Shown here: piece after piece, positions 17,519 to 19,023 of the stretch
Position numbering within the stretch: the first letter of the stretch is position 1
How the letters are laid out: each line of letters starts with the position of its first letter
Assembly (NCBI GenBank): GCA_964010765.1
Contig: CAXGMD010000067.1
Location: forward strand, 1-19,023
Length of the DNA: 19,023 nucleotides
Direction: 5' to 3'
Source of the DNA: an uncultured bacterium
GTDB taxonomy: Bacteria; SAR324; NAC60-12
Program-made: the position numbers and the translations under genes
Notes under the pieces: generated by a model
The model's database searches: none
Told to the model about the DNA's origin: nothing
Seen by the model: only the letters and a program-made list of their open reading frames with translations

Positions 17519-18835
17519 TCAGGTGTACCTACTCAGTTCATTCTCTGAATGCTTGGCGCTTAGTGGAATTTGAGTAACATTGGCCAGAATCAGAGTCTCA
17601 AATCCACAAACATTGCAGCAAAAGCTATTCAAATTTCTCTGAACAAAACTTTTCACCCTACCACACTGACTACACCCCTGAGCTAATTCAGGGACCATGG
17701 CGAGGGTCAGTTCCCCACCGTGCCAATTCATTTTGTAGTCAAGTTGTTTAAGAAAATCGGCAACACCCAGCAAAGGTTCCGCAGAATCCACTGGACCACT
17801 TAATGCGCTCAAGTCTGTCACAACCAGTGATCGAAACCGAGAGGCCAGTTGATTGGTAATCTCATGACGCAACGATTTCAGCGCTTCAGCCCGCTTGTGC
17901 TGAAGCTTCGAAATTTGCTGACTTTGCTTTCTCCAGTTTTCTGAGAACTTATCTTTTCTTGCTAATTGGCGTCGCTTCTTAGCAATTTTTTGATCGACCA
18001 CTCGAACCAGGGTCCAAGTCCTATCCTGTTTGCCAGCTAGAGGATAAACAGTACCGTCTTGCAAGCTAACAGTGCTACCACTAAGAGTTACGAAACCAAT
18101 CTCTTCAGCAGCCGAGTGCCAATCGATATTCTCTTCCACTGTAAACCCGATATACCAATGTGCGTCGGATTCCTGAATTACCCGCTTTTGACCAATTTTG
18201 GCTGCCTCAGGAATCGGCCGATCCTGACGCATACGCATCAGACCTGGGCATTTTGGCATCCGAATTTCGGAGAAATAATCCTTACCACCGCAGGCCTTGG
18301 ACAAAGATTTGATGCTGACATCGTTCGGCTTCCAAAGAATTGAAAGGTGCGATTTGCGGCGTGGTACAGGGTAACCAAATGAATTTTTCGAAGCCTCCGA
18401 AATTTTCTTACCATTGCGTACACGACGATAAAAGTGCTGGAAGGCTTGGTGCAGGTCAACAACTAGCGCATTTTGCAGGCAACTGAATGGGATTTCTTTC
18501 ATCCAATCCGTTTGCCTACGCAATGCCGTCAACTCTTTACTCTGCTTCTGCCCAGTGATCATGTGCTTGATAGGTCTTGTCGAGGAATCGCTCCCAAGCG
18601 AAAATTGCTTGGCCAATGATTGCTTCTCCTCACTCTCATCTTTCTGCTGCTGGAATTCTGACAAACGTTGCTGGTGAAGCTCGTACAAACTAGGCAGTTT
18701 ATCATTCCTAGCCAAGCTTCTTTGCTGAAGCCCTAGATTGTAAATGTATCTACAACCCATTCCCACACGCAAAAGATATTTCTTCTGTTGAGGTGTAGGC
18801 TCTAGTCTGTATCTATATACTCGAGATACAATCAT
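17519..18835 (-). CDS. tnpB: IS200/IS605 TnpB-family protein, predicted nuclease-dead (TldR-like)
   Basis: N-terminal YRYRLEPTPQQ...CRYIYNLGL, ELTALRR..WMKE, WYIGFTVE, basic RRQLARK..SENWRK, FLKQLDYK..W.G and Zn finger CSQC/CNVC. The RuvC acidic triad is replaced. Confidence 0.88.
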   Translation of the reverse strand: MIVSRVYRYRLEPTPQQKKYLLRVGMGCRYIYNLGLQQRSLARNDKLPSLYELHQQRLSEFQQQKDESEEKQSLAKQFSLGSDSSTRPIKHMITGQKQSKELTALRRQTDWMKEIPFSCLQNALVVDLHQAFQHFYRRVRNGKKISEASKNSFGYPVPRRKSHLSILWKPNDVSIKSLSKACGGKDYFSEIRMPKCPGLMRMRQDRPIPEAAKIGQKRVIQESDAHWYIGFTVEENIDWHSAAEEIGFVTLSGSTVSLQDGTVYPLAGKQDRTWTLVRVVDQKIAKKRRQLARKDKFSENWRKQSQQISKLQHKRAEALKSLRHEITNQLASRFRSLVVTDLSALSGPVDSAEPLLGVADFLKQLDYKMNWHGGELTLAMVPELAQGCSQCGRVKSFVQRNLNSFCCNVCGFETLILANVTQIPLSAKHSENELSRYT

Positions 18836-18845
18836 TTCCAGCGAT

Positions 18846-18953
18846 TTGACAGGGATGTGGGATATGGGTTCCTGCTTCGACGAAATAGAGCAATTCGGCT
18901 AAGAATCGACTTACGTTTTCTCCACAGGCGTAAATTCCGATGGTTTTCACCGT
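18846..18953 (-). ncRNA. Putative omegaRNA/guide-RNA scaffold upstream of the TnpB-like gene
   Basis: Minus strand: hairpin CGGTG-AAAAC-CATCG, then GGAATTTACGCCTGTGGAG...GTAAG, inner hairpin CGATTC/GAATTG, then TCGAAGCAGGAA and a terminal TGTCAA. This is the motif order of IS605 right-end RNAs; CCUGU can pair with GCAGG. Boundaries are approximate. Confidence 0.7.
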
Positions 18954-19023
18954 ATAATTTATTAAATATTCATAATTTTTTCTGAAAATCAACCATTTAG
19001 TTAATATAAATTAAAAAAAAGTA

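Noticed and set aside
735..18462. Numerous short antisense or alternate-frame ORFs in the track
   Set aside because: They mostly overlap well-supported genes and show no motifs, so they are treated as shadow ORFs.
18846..18874. Plus-strand TTGACA as a sigma70 -35 box
   Set aside because: No -10 element 16-18 nt downstream; better explained as the complement of the scaffold-terminal TGTCAA.
17519..18953. Active IS605/IS1341 insertion sequence
   Set aside because: No tnpA, no recognisable subterminal hairpins at either end, a dead RuvC, and the RNA scaffold on the wrong side for a canonical element.

Overview
Bacterial window of moderate GC with AT-rich spacers, organised around PQQ metabolism. 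From left to right: a decayed 492-bp tandem duplication (MFS 3' end plus a small membrane gene); a minus-strand TRAP operon (dctP-dctQ-dctM, an amidase-fold protein lacking its catalytic Lys, and a 54-aa membrane protein); a minus-strand operon of PQQ-dependent sugar/sorbosone dehydrogenase, dihaem cytochrome c and a Rap1a-like protein; a divergent pqqABCDE operon; two back-to-back ABC modules typical of PQQ-dehydrogenase loci; a secreted pentapeptide-repeat protein; and a full-length IS605-type TnpB homologue. The strongest candidate for a new system is the TnpB locus. All three RuvC catalytic residues appear replaced while the HTH and Zn finger are intact, no transposase is adjacent, and an IS605-type omegaRNA scaffold lies upstream of the gene rather than overlapping its 3' end. 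This suggests a domesticated, nuclease-dead RNA-guided DNA-binding protein (TldR-like) beside a PQQ island. All family calls come from motif recognition by eye; no searches were run.
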